DNA of 64,000 nucleotides. Source: Synechococcus sp. Lineage in GTDB: Bacteria; Cyanobacteriota; Cyanobacteriia; PCC-6307; Cyanobiaceae. Position 1 is the first letter of the stretch. Each line of letters begins with the position of its first letter. The notes below the pieces were generated by a model that saw nothing but the letters and a program-made list of their open reading frames with translations, was not told the DNA's origin and did no database searches. Positions 46,837-57,603 of this stretch are shown here, one piece after another. Location of the stretch: positions 544,001 through 608,000 of the forward strand of contig JBJBCN010000002.1 in NCBI GenBank assembly GCA_047285805.1, given 5' to 3'. The position numbers were made by a program, and so were the translations under genes.

Positions 46837-49289
46837 CGGTCCAGGCTTGGCTGCGTCCTCTGCAACAGGCTCTGCAGCTCGAGGCTGACCGCGGCTTTGA
46901 GGATTTGCTGGGACGCAAGGAGCGCTTTAGTGGTTTTCTCCAGCGGGCCTTGGCGGCCCCACCGGAGGACCTGGACGTCCAGCGCTTTTCTGGACTGCGG
47001 GTGTTGGCCAGCGATTTTTCCCGCTACGGGGAGTTGAGCCAGTCCCGCCGGCAGAGCTTGGTTCGACGCAGTCGTCAGTACCTCTTCGAACTGCAACGGG
47101 CCGTTCAACCAGTCCAGCCGGTTGCCCCGCCCAGGCTGCGAGTTGTTTCCGCCGCTCCCTCGGGTAACCCTATGCCTGAGCAGGTCATTCGCCCAGAGAC
47201 CCCCTTGAGTGAGGTCCGCGGTGTGGGCCCTAAAAGTGCGACCCGGCTCGCAGCCCTTGACCTTTGGCTGGCACGGGATCTGGTGCGCTACTACCCAAGG
47301 GACTACCTTGACTACGCCAATTTGGTCCGTATTGCGGGTCTCGAGCCAGGCAAGACAGCCACCATCGTCGCCACGGTCCGACGAAGCCACAGCTTCACCA
47401 GCCCGCGCAACCCCAACCTCTCGATCCTGGAGTTGCATCTGGCCGATGTCACGGGTCGCATTCGGGTCTCCAAATTCTTCGCGGGTAAACGCTTCAGCTC
47501 GCCCGCATGGCTGAAGGCTCAGCAGCGCAACTACCCCGTTGGGGCCTCCATGGCCATCAGCGGCCTGGTCAAGGAGACGCCCTATGGCCCTGCTTTTCAG
47601 GACCCTTTGATGGAGGTCCTCGATAGCCCGTCGGCAACGGTCCGTAGTGAGCAGATTGGACGCTTGCTCCCGGTTTACGGCCTGACGGAGGGATTGACGG
47701 CCGACCGGCTCCGCAACCTGATTCGCCCGGTGTTGGCGGCCGCGCGCCATTGGGGGGATCCCCTTCCCGCTGATGTGCTGGACCGTGAAGGACTGGTGAC
47801 GCTGCCGGATGCCCTGCTCCAGATCCACGGGCCGAGCAACCAGGAGAGCTTGAGTGCGGCCCGCCATCGCTTGGTTTTTGACGAATTCCTCGTTCTGCAG
47901 CTCGGTTTGCTGCAACGGCGACGCCAGCTGACCAATCGCCCGGCCCCGGCTTTGGCGTTGGAGGGCGACTCGTTGCTTCACGCCTTCCTCGAGCTGTTGC
48001 CCTTTCCCCTTACGGGCGCCCAACAGCGTGTCCTGGCCGAGATCCGCGCCGACCTCTGCCGCGATCAACCCATGGCCCGTTTGGTTCAGGGCGATGTCGG
48101 CAGTGGCAAAACCGTGGTGGCTATCGCCGCGCTGCTCACGGCCATTAATTCCGGCTGCCAAGGGGCCCTAATGGCCCCCACTGAGGTTCTGGCCGAACAG
48201 CACTACCGCAAGCTCTGCGAGTGGCTGCCGCAATTGCATGTCACCTGCGCCCTGTTGACCGGTTCAACACCGCTGCGCCGGCGCCGTGAACTCCTTGCGG
48301 ATTTGGCCAACGGCACCTTGAAGATGCTTGTGGGCACCCATGCTCTCTTGGAAGACCCGGTCCAGTTTCAGCGGTTGGGCCTGGTGGTCGTCGATGAGCA
48401 ACACCGCTTTGGCGTTCATCAGCGCAACCGACTGCTCGACAAGGGACTGCAGCCCCATCTCTTGACGATGACGGCCACGCCAATCCCCAGGACCTTGGCC
48501 CTCTCGATCCATGGCGACCTGGATGTCAGCCAGATCGATGAATTGCCGCCCGGGCGTACGCCGATTCGCACAAGCCTTTTGGCGGCTGCCGGCCGGGATG
48601 AGGCCTACCACTTGATTCGCGAGCAGGTGGCCCTAGGCCAACGGGCCTATGTCGTTCTTCCCCTGGTGGAGGAATCGGAGAAGCTCGATTTGCGCTCCGC
48701 CGTTGATGTCCATCAACAACTCAGCGAGCTGGTCTTCCCCAACCTTCAAGTCGGATTGCTGCATGGCCGCATGCCCAGTGCGGAGAAGCAAGCGGCCATT
48801 ACGGCGTTTGCCAGTGGCGAGACCCAGGTGCTGGTCAGCACCACCGTGGTCGAGGTGGGTGTGGATGTGCCGGAGGCCAGTGTGATGGTGATCGACCACG
48901 CCGATCGCTTTGGACTGGCCCAGCTGCACCAGTTGCGGGGTCGGGTTGGGCGTGGCGCAGCGGCCTCCTACTGCCTGCTGGTGAATGACAGTCGCAATGC
49001 CCTAGCCCGTCAGCGACTGGAAGTGTTGGTGCGCTCGAACGATGGGTTCGAAATTGCCGAGATGGACCTGCGCTTGCGTGGCCCTGGTCAGGTCCTGGGC
49101 ACCCGCCAGAGCGGTTTACCGGATTTGGCCCTCGCCAGCCTGACCGACGATGGGGAGGTGCTCGAGCAGGCCCGCCGGGTCGCGCAAGAGATCGTCTCCG
49201 TGGACCCCGATCTGGCGCAACATTCCGGTCTTGCCAGAGTGCTGAGCGACCAGCAACACCGGGTCGCCCAAGCCGCCCGTTTGAACTGA
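46785..49289 (+). CDS. recG: ATP-dependent DNA helicase RecG
   Basis: QGDVGSGKT, DEQHRFG, MTATPIPRT, QLRGRVGRG. Confidence 0.97.
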   Translation: MVPGQFPTPGSSGGSHLAVQAWLRPLQQALQLEADRGFEDLLGRKERFSGFLQRALAAPPEDLDVQRFSGLRVLASDFSRYGELSQSRRQSLVRRSRQYLFELQRAVQPVQPVAPPRLRVVSAAPSGNPMPEQVIRPETPLSEVRGVGPKSATRLAALDLWLARDLVRYYPRDYLDYANLVRIAGLEPGKTATIVATVRRSHSFTSPRNPNLSILELHLADVTGRIRVSKFFAGKRFSSPAWLKAQQRNYPVGASMAISGLVKETPYGPAFQDPLMEVLDSPSATVRSEQIGRLLPVYGLTEGLTADRLRNLIRPVLAAARHWGDPLPADVLDREGLVTLPDALLQIHGPSNQESLSAARHRLVFDEFLVLQLGLLQRRRQLTNRPAPALALEGDSLLHAFLELLPFPLTGAQQRVLAEIRADLCRDQPMARLVQGDVGSGKTVVAIAALLTAINSGCQGALMAPTEVLAEQHYRKLCEWLPQLHVTCALLTGSTPLRRRRELLADLANGTLKMLVGTHALLEDPVQFQRLGLVVVDEQHRFGVHQRNRLLDKGLQPHLLTMTATPIPRTLALSIHGDLDVSQIDELPPGRTPIRTSLLAAAGRDEAYHLIREQVALGQRAYVVLPLVEESEKLDLRSAVDVHQQLSELVFPNLQVGLLHGRMPSAEKQAAITAFASGETQVLVSTTVVEVGVDVPEASVMVIDHADRFGLAQLHQLRGRVGRGAAASYCLLVNDSRNALARQRLEVLVRSNDGFEIAEMDLRLRGPGQVLGTRQSGLPDLALASLTDDGEVLEQARRVAQEIVSVDPDLAQHSGLARVLSDQQHRVAQAARLN

Positions 49290-50011
49290 TGCCCCTACGG
49301 CCTTGGAGTGTGGTCCCTATTTGCGATTGCGCTGAGTTGCTCGAGCCCTTGCCCGATGCCTTCTTCCGCATCGAGCCGCATCCCTACGCCGCCGTTGGTG
49401 CTCCCTATGGCGAGGGTGCCTCGCCCTTTCGCTTGCGCAGTGGTGTGATTCAGCGTCTCCTGCGGGCTCAGGAGACGCTGCAAGCCCAAGGCCTCGGCTA
49501 CCGACTGGCGATCTTCGATGCCTGGCGCCCGATCGCCGTGCAGCGCTTCATGGTCGAGTACACAATCGGCATCGAGTGCGCGGCGCAGGGATTAGATCCT
49601 GAGGAGGATCTCCCTGAAGTCCGTTCCGTGATCGAAGAGGTCGGACGCTTTTGGGCCCCCCCAAGCTTGGACCCCGAGACCCCTCCACCTCACAGCACGG
49701 GTGGGGCCGTCGACCTGACATTGCTGGATCGCTCTCAACAGCTCGTCGACATGGGTTCGGACATCGATGCCATTGGAGCGGTCTCAGAACCCAACCACTT
49801 CCTAGCGGTTGCTAAGAGCGCTGAAGACGGCACAGACCGCCAGCGCGCATTGGAGTGGGACCAGCGGCGCAGCCTGCTGGCCGATGCCATGGGGGCAGCT
49901 GGATTTGCGCAGCACCCCAACGAGTGGTGGCACTTCAGCTATGGCGATCAGCTGTGGGCCTGGCGCACCGGCCAGACCCTGGCGGTATATGGCCGCTCCT
50001 CAGAGGGCTGA
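49289..50011 (+). CDS. D-Ala-D-Ala dipeptidase (M15D, VanX/DdpX-like)
   Basis: FDAWRP, PHSTGGAVDLTL, EWWHFS. Confidence 0.9.
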   Translation: MPLRPWSVVPICDCAELLEPLPDAFFRIEPHPYAAVGAPYGEGASPFRLRSGVIQRLLRAQETLQAQGLGYRLAIFDAWRPIAVQRFMVEYTIGIECAAQGLDPEEDLPEVRSVIEEVGRFWAPPSLDPETPPPHSTGGAVDLTLLDRSQQLVDMGSDIDAIGAVSEPNHFLAVAKSAEDGTDRQRALEWDQRRSLLADAMGAAGFAQHPNEWWHFSYGDQLWAWRTGQTLAVYGRSSEG

Positions 50012-51796
50012 ATTGACCAGCTCTTTGACCGACTCGCGTCCAAGCTTTGCTACATAGTCACCAAAGCTGCGGCGACCACCTGCCGCTTTCCAACCTTTCA
50101 GGAGCGGTTCGATTGTGCTCTCCAACTTTTCGAGGGGCATGCGTTCCAAGTAAGGCTCCGCCAGACGGCTGAGGTTCGGAGTTCCGCCCAGCCACAGTTG
50201 GTACTGATTGACACCATCGCCTACCAACCCCAGCTCCGCCATGTAGGGGCGGGCGCAACCGTTCGGGCAGCCCGTCATGCGCACGAGGATTGATTTCTCG
50301 ATCTCCAGGCGCCGCAGTTGTGCATCGAGACGCTCCAACACATCCGGAAGGATGCGTTCGGCTTCGGTGACCGCGAGACCGCACAGGGGGAGCGCCGGAC
50401 ATGCAATGGCATGGCGAGCCAGCAGGTCTGGAGCGTTCGGCGTTTCAACGCCAAGGCTGCTGAGGGCGTCTTTGACCGCAGCCCTTTGAGCCGTACCGAT
50501 ATTGCACAACAAGAGGTCCTGGTTCGGGGTCAACCGAATTTCCAGCTGATAGGTCTTAACCAGTTCACGCAAACCGCGCTTGAGATCACCGGAAAGACGC
50601 CCGCACAGCAGCGGAATGCCAACGAACCATTTGCCTGCACTGATGCGATGCCAGCCCAGGTAGTCCTCCAACTTGGCCTTGGGCTCAACGCGCAGTCCCT
50701 TGATGGGATGGGAGAAGTACTTGACCTTGAGTTCCTCCTTGAACCAGCCAATGCCCTGGTCGTGAATCAAATACTTCAGGCGGGCATGTCGCCGGTTGCT
50801 GCGGTCACCGTGATCCCGCTGCAGGGCAAGAATCGCCTGGACCAAGTCAAAGATGTGCGCCGCTGCCACATAGCCCAAGGGATCAGCGGTGCGGGCGAAG
50901 GTCTCTTCTTTTTTGTGGGTGCGGCCCATGCCACCACCCACATAGACATTGCAGCCCCGCAGTTCGCCATTGGCGTCGGCGAAGGCCACGAGGCCAATGT
51001 CTTGGGTCAGCAAGTCAACGGAGTTATCGCCGGGGACCGTGACGGCCACCTTGAATTTGCGCGGCAGGTAAGTGCCGCCGTAGAGGGGTTCGTTGGCATC
51101 ACCACTGAAGACGCCACCCTCGTGCTGGCGTGAACAGGCCTTCTTCACCGCCCGGGTGGGCTTGATCCGATAGCTGAGATCGCCGTCGACCCAGAGGTCG
51201 AGGTAACTGCCCTCGGCCGCTTGTGGGCTCAGGACATCGGCGATGTCATTGGCCAACTGACGAGCTGCTGGATACCCCCCCTTTTCAAAGGGGGCAGCCG
51301 GAGCCATGACATTCCGGTTGATATCGCCGCAGGCCGCCAGGGTGGAGCCCATCGAGCGGACGATGGTGCCGATGACCTCCTTGAGGTTGCTCTTGCGGAT
51401 GCCGTGCATCTGGAAGGCCTGGCGGGTCGTAGCCCTCAGGGTTCCGTTCCCCAGGCGATCCGCCAACTCATCCATGGCCAGGTAGAGGCCCGTCGAGATG
51501 CGTCCGGCAGGGCTGCGCAACCGCAGCATCATTTGCCAGTCCTTCTCCTGGCCCTTCTGGCGGTTTTCGCGGTTGTCCTGCTGGTAGCTGCCGTGGAACT
51601 TCAGGAGCTGAACGGCACCTTCACTGAAGTGGCTGAGGTCGTTCTCCAGCTCGGCAGCGAGAGGATCCTTGAGGTAGTCGCTGTCGGCCTTGAGCAGCTC
51701 AAACTTGGTGAGCTCTGCTCCAGTGGCGATCGAAGGGGAAAACGTCCGTTCCTCGGGGCTGTTTTGCTCTACGGACTGCCCTACGGACACGCTCAC
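50000..51796 (-). CDS. sir: Ferredoxin-sulfite reductase (start approximate)
   Basis: LKFHGSYQQDNR, ACGDINRN, CPALPLC, TGCPNGC. Confidence 0.95.
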   Translation of the reverse strand: MSVSVGQSVEQNSPEERTFSPSIATGAELTKFELLKADSDYLKDPLAAELENDLSHFSEGAVQLLKFHGSYQQDNRENRQKGQEKDWQMMLRLRSPAGRISTGLYLAMDELADRLGNGTLRATTRQAFQMHGIRKSNLKEVIGTIVRSMGSTLAACGDINRNVMAPAAPFEKGGYPAARQLANDIADVLSPQAAEGSYLDLWVDGDLSYRIKPTRAVKKACSRQHEGGVFSGDANEPLYGGTYLPRKFKVAVTVPGDNSVDLLTQDIGLVAFADANGELRGCNVYVGGGMGRTHKKEETFARTADPLGYVAAAHIFDLVQAILALQRDHGDRSNRRHARLKYLIHDQGIGWFKEELKVKYFSHPIKGLRVEPKAKLEDYLGWHRISAGKWFVGIPLLCGRLSGDLKRGLRELVKTYQLEIRLTPNQDLLLCNIGTAQRAAVKDALSSLGVETPNAPDLLARHAIACPALPLCGLAVTEAERILPDVLERLDAQLRRLEIEKSILVRMTGCPNGCARPYMAELGLVGDGVNQYQLWLGGTPNLSRLAEPYLERMPLEKLESTIEPLLKGWKAAGGRRSFGDYVAKLGRESVKELVNSAL

Positions 51797-51896
51797 GCAC
51801 CAGGTTCTGCTTGTTCTTCGAAGGTAGCGAAGCGCCGATCTAGCTTGGGACTGGGGCCGTTTCAATAAGCTGGGGGGCTGTCGAGACCCCCGCCCC

Positions 51897-54062
51897 GTGT
51901 CCACCTTTCTGCTTGAGATCGGGACCGAGGAGTTGCCCGCGGATTTCGCCCGCCTCGCCTTGCCGCAATTGGAGCAGCAGGTCAAGCGTGATCTGGACAA
52001 GGCTCGACTGAACTTTGGCCAGGTGGAGACGACGAGCACCCCGCGCCGCCTCGTCGTCCAGGTGGCCGAACTCGCGGAGGTCTCCCCGGACCTCCGCGAT
52101 GAACGCAAGGGGCCGCCGGCTGCCCAAGCCTTTAAGGACGGTGTGCCCACCCAGGCCGCCATAGGTTTTGCCAAACGCTGCGGAATAGACCCCGCAGATC
52201 TCGAGGTGCGCGAGACCCCCAAGGGTCCCTTTGTCTTCGCTGAGGTGCTGGAGAAGGGGCGTCCCGCCCGTGAATTGCTGGCTGAGGTCATTCCCCAGTG
52301 GATTTCCGCCTTGCAGGGCCGCCGCTTCATGCGTTGGGGCGTCGGTGAGAGCCGCTTTTCCCGCCCCGTGCGCTGGTTGGTGGCTCTCCTGGGAACCGAG
52401 TTGATCCCCGTCACCCTTTCTGGCAGTGACCCGGTGGTGCAGTCCGGGCAGACCAGCCGAGGTCATCGTCTCTACAGCGACGCTGTAGCGATCCCATCCG
52501 CAGACGGTTACGCCTCAGCCCTGGCTGCTGAAGGTGTCGTTGTGAACCGCAGTGAGCGCGCTTCAACCATCCGTACAGCTGTGGAGACCAGTGCTGCGGC
52601 CTTGGATGCGGTTCCGAACCTTCCTGAAGATCTTTTCGAGGAGCTGACAGATCTGGTCGAGACCCCCCTCTTGATCGAGGGCAGCGTCGCCGACAATTAC
52701 CTCGCCCTGCCAGCTGAAGTGCTGAGCACCGTGATGCGTGCCCATCAGCGCTACGTGCCGCTTTACCGCAAGGATGCGGATTCGGATCCCTTGGCCTTGG
52801 ACGCGCGGAAAAGCCTGTTGGCGCGTTTCCTCTGCATCGGCAACGGCCTGGCGGACTCCACGGACACCATTCGACGCGGCAATGAACGCGTCTTGAAGGC
52901 ACGACTGGCCGATGCGGAGTTCTTTGTGCAGGCCGACCGAGCGGTCCCCAGCATCGATCGCCGCGACCAGCTCAAGCGGGTGACCTTTGCCGAAGGGTTG
53001 GGCTCCCTCCTGGACCGGGTGGAACGCCTCGAGTGGCTTACGGAGGTTCTCGCTGAGCAGCTTGAGCTGCCGCAGTATTCCGTCGCGCATGCCCGTCGTG
53101 CGGCCCATCTCTGTAAGCACGATCTGGTCAGTCAGATGGTGGGTGAGTTCCCCGAGCTCCAGGGGGTGATGGGCGGCAAGTACCTGCTCGCCGAAGGGGA
53201 GCCCCGGGAAGTGGCCCTCGCTGTGCTTGAGCATTACCAACCCAAGGGCGCCGGCGACGCCCTGCCCAGCTCCGTCGCTGGTGCCGTCGTGGCCCTAGCG
53301 GAACGCTTTGAGCTGCTCTTAAGCATCTATGCGAAGGGTGCGCGCCCGACGGGCTCGTCGGACCCCTACGCCCTTCGTCGGGCTGGCAATGGGATTCTTC
53401 AGATCCTTTGGGACAAGGGATGGAGCCTCAACCTCCATGCCCTGCTGGAGCGGGCCACCTCCCATTGGGCGGGGCTGCTGCCGGCCTTCAAGGTCGATCC
53501 CGCTGCCTTAGCGGATGAGCTGGGCGAGCTGTTGCGTCAACGGCTGCAGAGCTTGTTGGAGGAGGCCGGCACGGATGCTGATCTAGTGCAGGCCGTCGCG
53601 GGTGACGGGGTGTCCTTGCCGCGTGTTCTGGCTGATCCTGCCGATGCCCGTCAGCGGGCTTCCTTGCTTCAAAGCCTCCGCTCCGCCGGTGACCTGGCGG
53701 CCGTGCAGGCCGTGGTGACCCGTGCGGCAAAGTTGGCCACGAAGGGCGAGCTGCCAACGAGCGTCCTTTCCGCCAAAATGGTTGTGGAAGAGAGCCTCTT
53801 TGAAAAGGACAGCGAAGCGGCCATGCTCGCGGTCCTCAACGGCTTGGATCCCATTGCCACTGGATCGGATCTCGATCGCTACAGCCAATTGGCCCAAGGC
53901 TTGATCGCCGGGTCCTCTGCCCTAGCCAATTTCTTCGATGGCGATGACAGCGTGATGGTGATGGCTGAGGATCCAGCTGTTCGCACCAACCGCCTGAATT
54001 TGCTTGGGGTTCTCAACAACCAGGCTTCGGTTTTGGCCGACTTCAGCCGCATCAGTAGCTAA
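51897..54062 (+). CDS. glyS: Glycyl-tRNA synthetase beta subunit
   Basis: LLEIGTEELP, TPRRL, EFPELQG, GSSDPYALRR. Confidence 0.97.
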   Translation: MSTFLLEIGTEELPADFARLALPQLEQQVKRDLDKARLNFGQVETTSTPRRLVVQVAELAEVSPDLRDERKGPPAAQAFKDGVPTQAAIGFAKRCGIDPADLEVRETPKGPFVFAEVLEKGRPARELLAEVIPQWISALQGRRFMRWGVGESRFSRPVRWLVALLGTELIPVTLSGSDPVVQSGQTSRGHRLYSDAVAIPSADGYASALAAEGVVVNRSERASTIRTAVETSAAALDAVPNLPEDLFEELTDLVETPLLIEGSVADNYLALPAEVLSTVMRAHQRYVPLYRKDADSDPLALDARKSLLARFLCIGNGLADSTDTIRRGNERVLKARLADAEFFVQADRAVPSIDRRDQLKRVTFAEGLGSLLDRVERLEWLTEVLAEQLELPQYSVAHARRAAHLCKHDLVSQMVGEFPELQGVMGGKYLLAEGEPREVALAVLEHYQPKGAGDALPSSVAGAVVALAERFELLLSIYAKGARPTGSSDPYALRRAGNGILQILWDKGWSLNLHALLERATSHWAGLLPAFKVDPAALADELGELLRQRLQSLLEEAGTDADLVQAVAGDGVSLPRVLADPADARQRASLLQSLRSAGDLAAVQAVVTRAAKLATKGELPTSVLSAKMVVEESLFEKDSEAAMLAVLNGLDPIATGSDLDRYSQLAQGLIAGSSALANFFDGDDSVMVMAEDPAVRTNRLNLLGVLNNQASVLADFSRISS

Positions 54063-54199
54063 GGCGCAGGTCTTAGCCTTGTGAGAACCGAGCGGGCAAT
54101 CAGCTGACGACTCTGAATCGATCCGTCGAACGGAATCAACCCTTAAGTCGCGGCGATTTTTCCCTCGCTCCGTTCCGGCAATCCAGTGATGCCAGGGCT

Positions 54200-55240
54200 T
54201 TGTGGCAACTGACGGTGACGTTGGTTCCTATCGCGCTGCTCTGGGCGTCCATCCCTGTCCTTTCTGCTGAGCCCGCTCTGCGTTGGCTGATGTTTCCGGT
54301 GTTGCTTGCACTGGTGCTGTTTTCGGCCCGCTGCTTCTCGCTGATGCACGATTGCGGCCACAACACGCTGTGGTCCTCGTCGCTCGGCAATCGGATCACG
54401 GGCTTTGCCCTGGGTTGCCTGAATGCCATCCCGCAATTCCCCTGGTCCCGGGGCCATGCGTTTCACCACAAGCACAACGGGAATTGGGAGGTCTACCGGG
54501 GGCCATCGTCGCTGATGACCGTGGAGCAGTTTCTGCGTTTGTCCCCCGCGGCGCAGTGGCGCTATCGCCTGATCCGCCACCCCTTGATGTTGTTTCCAGG
54601 CGGCTTTTTCTACCTGGTGATTCGCCCCAGACTGCAGCTTTTGCTTGGGATGTTTGAGTTCTGTGGCGCGGCTTTGAAGCACGCCATAGCGTCGCCGCGC
54701 AGTGGTTTTCAAGCTTGGAAACGCTTTGTGCTGTCCTTCAAGTCAAGTCACTGGTACACAACCGGTGAATGGTTGGACTTGTTGGCCAACAACGTTGTTG
54801 TTGTCTCCAGCTGGTACCTGATGGCGGCCTGGCTTGGGCTGGGACTCTTTTTGACTTGCTATTCCGTGGTCATGGCCTGTTCCGCGGCCATGTTCATCTG
54901 CGTCTTCTTTGTTCAGCACAACTTCAGGGGTTCCTACACAAGTGGAACCCGCGGCTGGAGTTACTTCAAAGGGGCGATTGACGGCAGCAGCAATCTTGTT
55001 TTGCCTGAAGTACTGAACTGGTTCACCGCTGACATTGCCTTCCACTCGGTTCACCATCTCTGTGAGCGGATCCCCAACTACAAGCTGCGGGAATGTCACC
55101 GTTTGCATGCGGAACTGCTGAAGGGCTGTACTTACTTGAGCCTGAGGGACATTCCGAGCTGTTTTGATCTGATTCTTTGGGACTCTGAGGCCCAAGAACT
55201 CGTCAGTATTGATGAAGCGTTGGCCGCAGCGGCCCTCTGA
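54200..55240 (+). CDS. Membrane fatty acid desaturase (true start probably further upstream)
   Basis: His boxes HDCGH, HAFHH, HSVHH. Confidence 0.92.
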   Translation: MWQLTVTLVPIALLWASIPVLSAEPALRWLMFPVLLALVLFSARCFSLMHDCGHNTLWSSSLGNRITGFALGCLNAIPQFPWSRGHAFHHKHNGNWEVYRGPSSLMTVEQFLRLSPAAQWRYRLIRHPLMLFPGGFFYLVIRPRLQLLLGMFEFCGAALKHAIASPRSGFQAWKRFVLSFKSSHWYTTGEWLDLLANNVVVVSSWYLMAAWLGLGLFLTCYSVVMACSAAMFICVFFVQHNFRGSYTSGTRGWSYFKGAIDGSSNLVLPEVLNWFTADIAFHSVHHLCERIPNYKLRECHRLHAELLKGCTYLSLRDIPSCFDLILWDSEAQELVSIDEALAAAAL

Positions 55241-55277
55241 AGGCTGCTCGACAACGCCTTGGCAATGGGCACAAAAC

Positions 55278-55302
55278 AAGGCAGTGGATGATCCACTGCC
55301 TT
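55278..55302. terminator. Hairpin between convergent desaturase and chlP
   Basis: AAGGCAGTGGA-tga-TCCACTGCCTT, 11-bp perfect stem. Confidence 0.75.
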
Positions 55303-55322
55303 CATGATCTTGGCAAAATTGC

Positions 55323-56687
55323 TTACTTGCTGGTGAGGGCAGGTTCGCGTTCTGCAGCGGGTTTGACCTTCTGGTTTCCGACGCGGATCCCGCCCTTGAT
55401 GGTGCTCACGGCCAACATGTCGTTGACTTCACCATCTTCTCGGACGGCGCTGGGGACAGGCTTATAGCCCTGGGGCGCCAGGGCGTTGCCGCGGAGGACA
55501 GAGCCAAGGGTTAGCAGGGTGAGTTTGAGCTGCTGCCAGGGATTCATCACCACTACCCGCTTGTAGAGGTAGCTGTCGAAGGTCAAGCGCTGAACATCCT
55601 TGTCGTCGCACATTTCGACGAAGGCTTCGCGGGCCGCGTCGTTGCGATAGAAAATGTTCTGAAGGATTTCGAGCACCTTGTAGGTGGCGCCGTATTGGCG
55701 GTCCCACTTCTTCAGGTACTTCTTCAGATCCGCTTCGCTCGGGACACGCTTGCCGCCCTGGCTGGCTTCGACGATTTGTTCGGCGCACATCCGACCGCTC
55801 TTGGCGGCGAAATAGATGCCTTCGCCGGAGCTCTTTGTGACATAACCAGCGGCGTCACCCACCAGGGCCATGCGGCCCACCACACGGCGAGGTCGGGGAT
55901 GCTCAGGGATGGGGTGAGCTTCCACCTTGATCACCTCACCGTTGACCAGGCGCTTCTTGGCCCGCTCGCGGATGCCTTCCTGCAGGCTCTTAATCAGGGC
56001 CTGGTTGTCCTGCATGGTTCCGGTGCCAACTGCCACGTGGTCGTATTTGGGGAACACCCAGGCGTAGAAGTCGGGGGAAACGTCCGTACCCACGTACATC
56101 TCGGCGAGACTCTCGTAGTACTTCATTTCCTCCGCGGGGAGCTTGATGCGCTCCTGGAAGGCGATGGCTACGTTGTAATCGCCGGCATCCATGGCCTTGG
56201 CCACGCGGCTGTTTGCACCATCGGCGCCAATGATCAGATCTACCTCAAGGGTCTTGGTTTCACCCGTCGCCTCGCCCTCGCTGTAATCGGAGAAGGTGAG
56301 GGTGTAGGGCCCTTGGCACTTGGCTCCGGTGTCGATCTTGGTCACCAGCCCATTGACCAGATGGGCGCCCAGTTCGGCTGCACGATCGCGCATGAAGGCA
56401 TCCATGACCTCCCGGCGACACATGCCGATGTACTCGTTGTCGTTTTCGAGATTGATGTCCACCTCGCGGTTCGAGGGGGAGATCATTTTCATGTTGCGGA
56501 CCTTACGGTCGATGATCGACTCAGGCAGGTCGAACTCAGCAACCATGCAGAGGGGGATCGCGCCACCACAGGGTTTGGCGTTGTCGAGCTTGCGCTCAAA
56601 GATCCAGGTCTCGATTCCCGCCTTCGCCAGAACTTCCGCAGCACACGAACCACTCGGGCCGCCGCCCACCACCGCGACTCGCAACAT
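55323..56687 (-). CDS. chlP: Geranylgeranyl reductase
   Basis: VAVVGGGPSG, AKPCGGAIPLC, GDAAGYVTKSSGEGIY. Confidence 0.97.
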   Translation of the reverse strand: MLRVAVVGGGPSGSCAAEVLAKAGIETWIFERKLDNAKPCGGAIPLCMVAEFDLPESIIDRKVRNMKMISPSNREVDINLENDNEYIGMCRREVMDAFMRDRAAELGAHLVNGLVTKIDTGAKCQGPYTLTFSDYSEGEATGETKTLEVDLIIGADGANSRVAKAMDAGDYNVAIAFQERIKLPAEEMKYYESLAEMYVGTDVSPDFYAWVFPKYDHVAVGTGTMQDNQALIKSLQEGIRERAKKRLVNGEVIKVEAHPIPEHPRPRRVVGRMALVGDAAGYVTKSSGEGIYFAAKSGRMCAEQIVEASQGGKRVPSEADLKKYLKKWDRQYGATYKVLEILQNIFYRNDAAREAFVEMCDDKDVQRLTFDSYLYKRVVVMNPWQQLKLTLLTLGSVLRGNALAPQGYKPVPSAVREDGEVNDMLAVSTIKGGIRVGNQKVKPAAEREPALTSK

Positions 56688-56879
56688 CTTGAAACCCGCT
56701 CCGCCAGAAGGATCTTGATGGGAAGCTAACACTGCTTGATGGGTAACGGCTGGTATCTCCAGCATGAGCTCGTAACATCACACAACCCCAGTTCCAACGG
56801 GAGTTTTCGCTTGCCTAGCCCCGGTCGGCAGACCAGTTACTCCAGGGTGGGCTCAGGCAAGGGCGGGGCTGACCCCACT

Positions 56880-57587
56880 TTGGTGGACGACATTCCCCTC
56901 GCCACGCGCACCGTCTTCCCCACCCTGCAGCGCAAACGCCGTACTCCCGTTGCCTTAGCGAGCGCCGTTGGAGCCCTCGTTGTCGTGGCCTCCGCTCTGT
57001 ACGTGCTCAGGGCTCCGATCCTTCAGCGTCTGGCTCCCGTTCCCGTCGCAGGCCTGAGTGCCCGGCTGAGTTCCGATGGACGGCTGCTGGGCCACTTCCC
57101 CTATGCCGAGGCGACTAATGCTGAATTAATTAGCATTGGTCCTGGCGTGGCGTTGAATGCGCAGGCCGCCGCCGCCCTGCGTCAGATGCGCCGCGCTGCG
57201 GATGCTGAGAGTGTGGATCTGAGGGTACTCAGCGGCTTCCGTTCGATCGCGCTGCAAAAGCAGATTTTCTTCGACGTCAAATCAGAACGTAATCAAAGTG
57301 CCCGGGAGCGGGCCCGGGTCAGCGCGCCTCCCGGGTTTTCTGAGCACAGCACCGGCTATGCCGTCGATTTCGGCGATGGCCGTCGCCCCGAGACCCATCT
57401 GTCACAGAGTTTCGACAGCACCGAGTCCTATGCCTGGCTCAAGCGCAATGCCAATCGCTTCCACTTTGTGCTCTCGTTTCCTGAAGGGAACAGGCAGGGC
57501 GTGAGCTACGAGCCCTGGCACTGGCGGTTTGAGGGTTCCGCTGATGCGCTCAAAACCTTTGATGCAGCTGGACGCTTTTCGAATTAA
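56880..57587 (+). CDS. D-Ala-D-Ala carboxypeptidase (M15B, VanY-like); start approximate
   Basis: SGFRS, SAPPGFSEHSTGYAVD, YEPWHWRF. Confidence 0.9.
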   Translation: MVDDIPLATRTVFPTLQRKRRTPVALASAVGALVVVASALYVLRAPILQRLAPVPVAGLSARLSSDGRLLGHFPYAEATNAELISIGPGVALNAQAAAALRQMRRAADAESVDLRVLSGFRSIALQKQIFFDVKSERNQSARERARVSAPPGFSEHSTGYAVDFGDGRRPETHLSQSFDSTESYAWLKRNANRFHFVLSFPEGNRQGVSYEPWHWRFEGSADALKTFDAAGRFSN

Positions 57588-57603
57588 TAGATGGGTTTGA
57601 TCC

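Noticed and set aside
51797..52414. About 200-aa N-terminal extension of sulfite reductase in the ORF track
   Set aside because: Overlaps glyS on the opposite strand; an artefact of taking the most upstream start.
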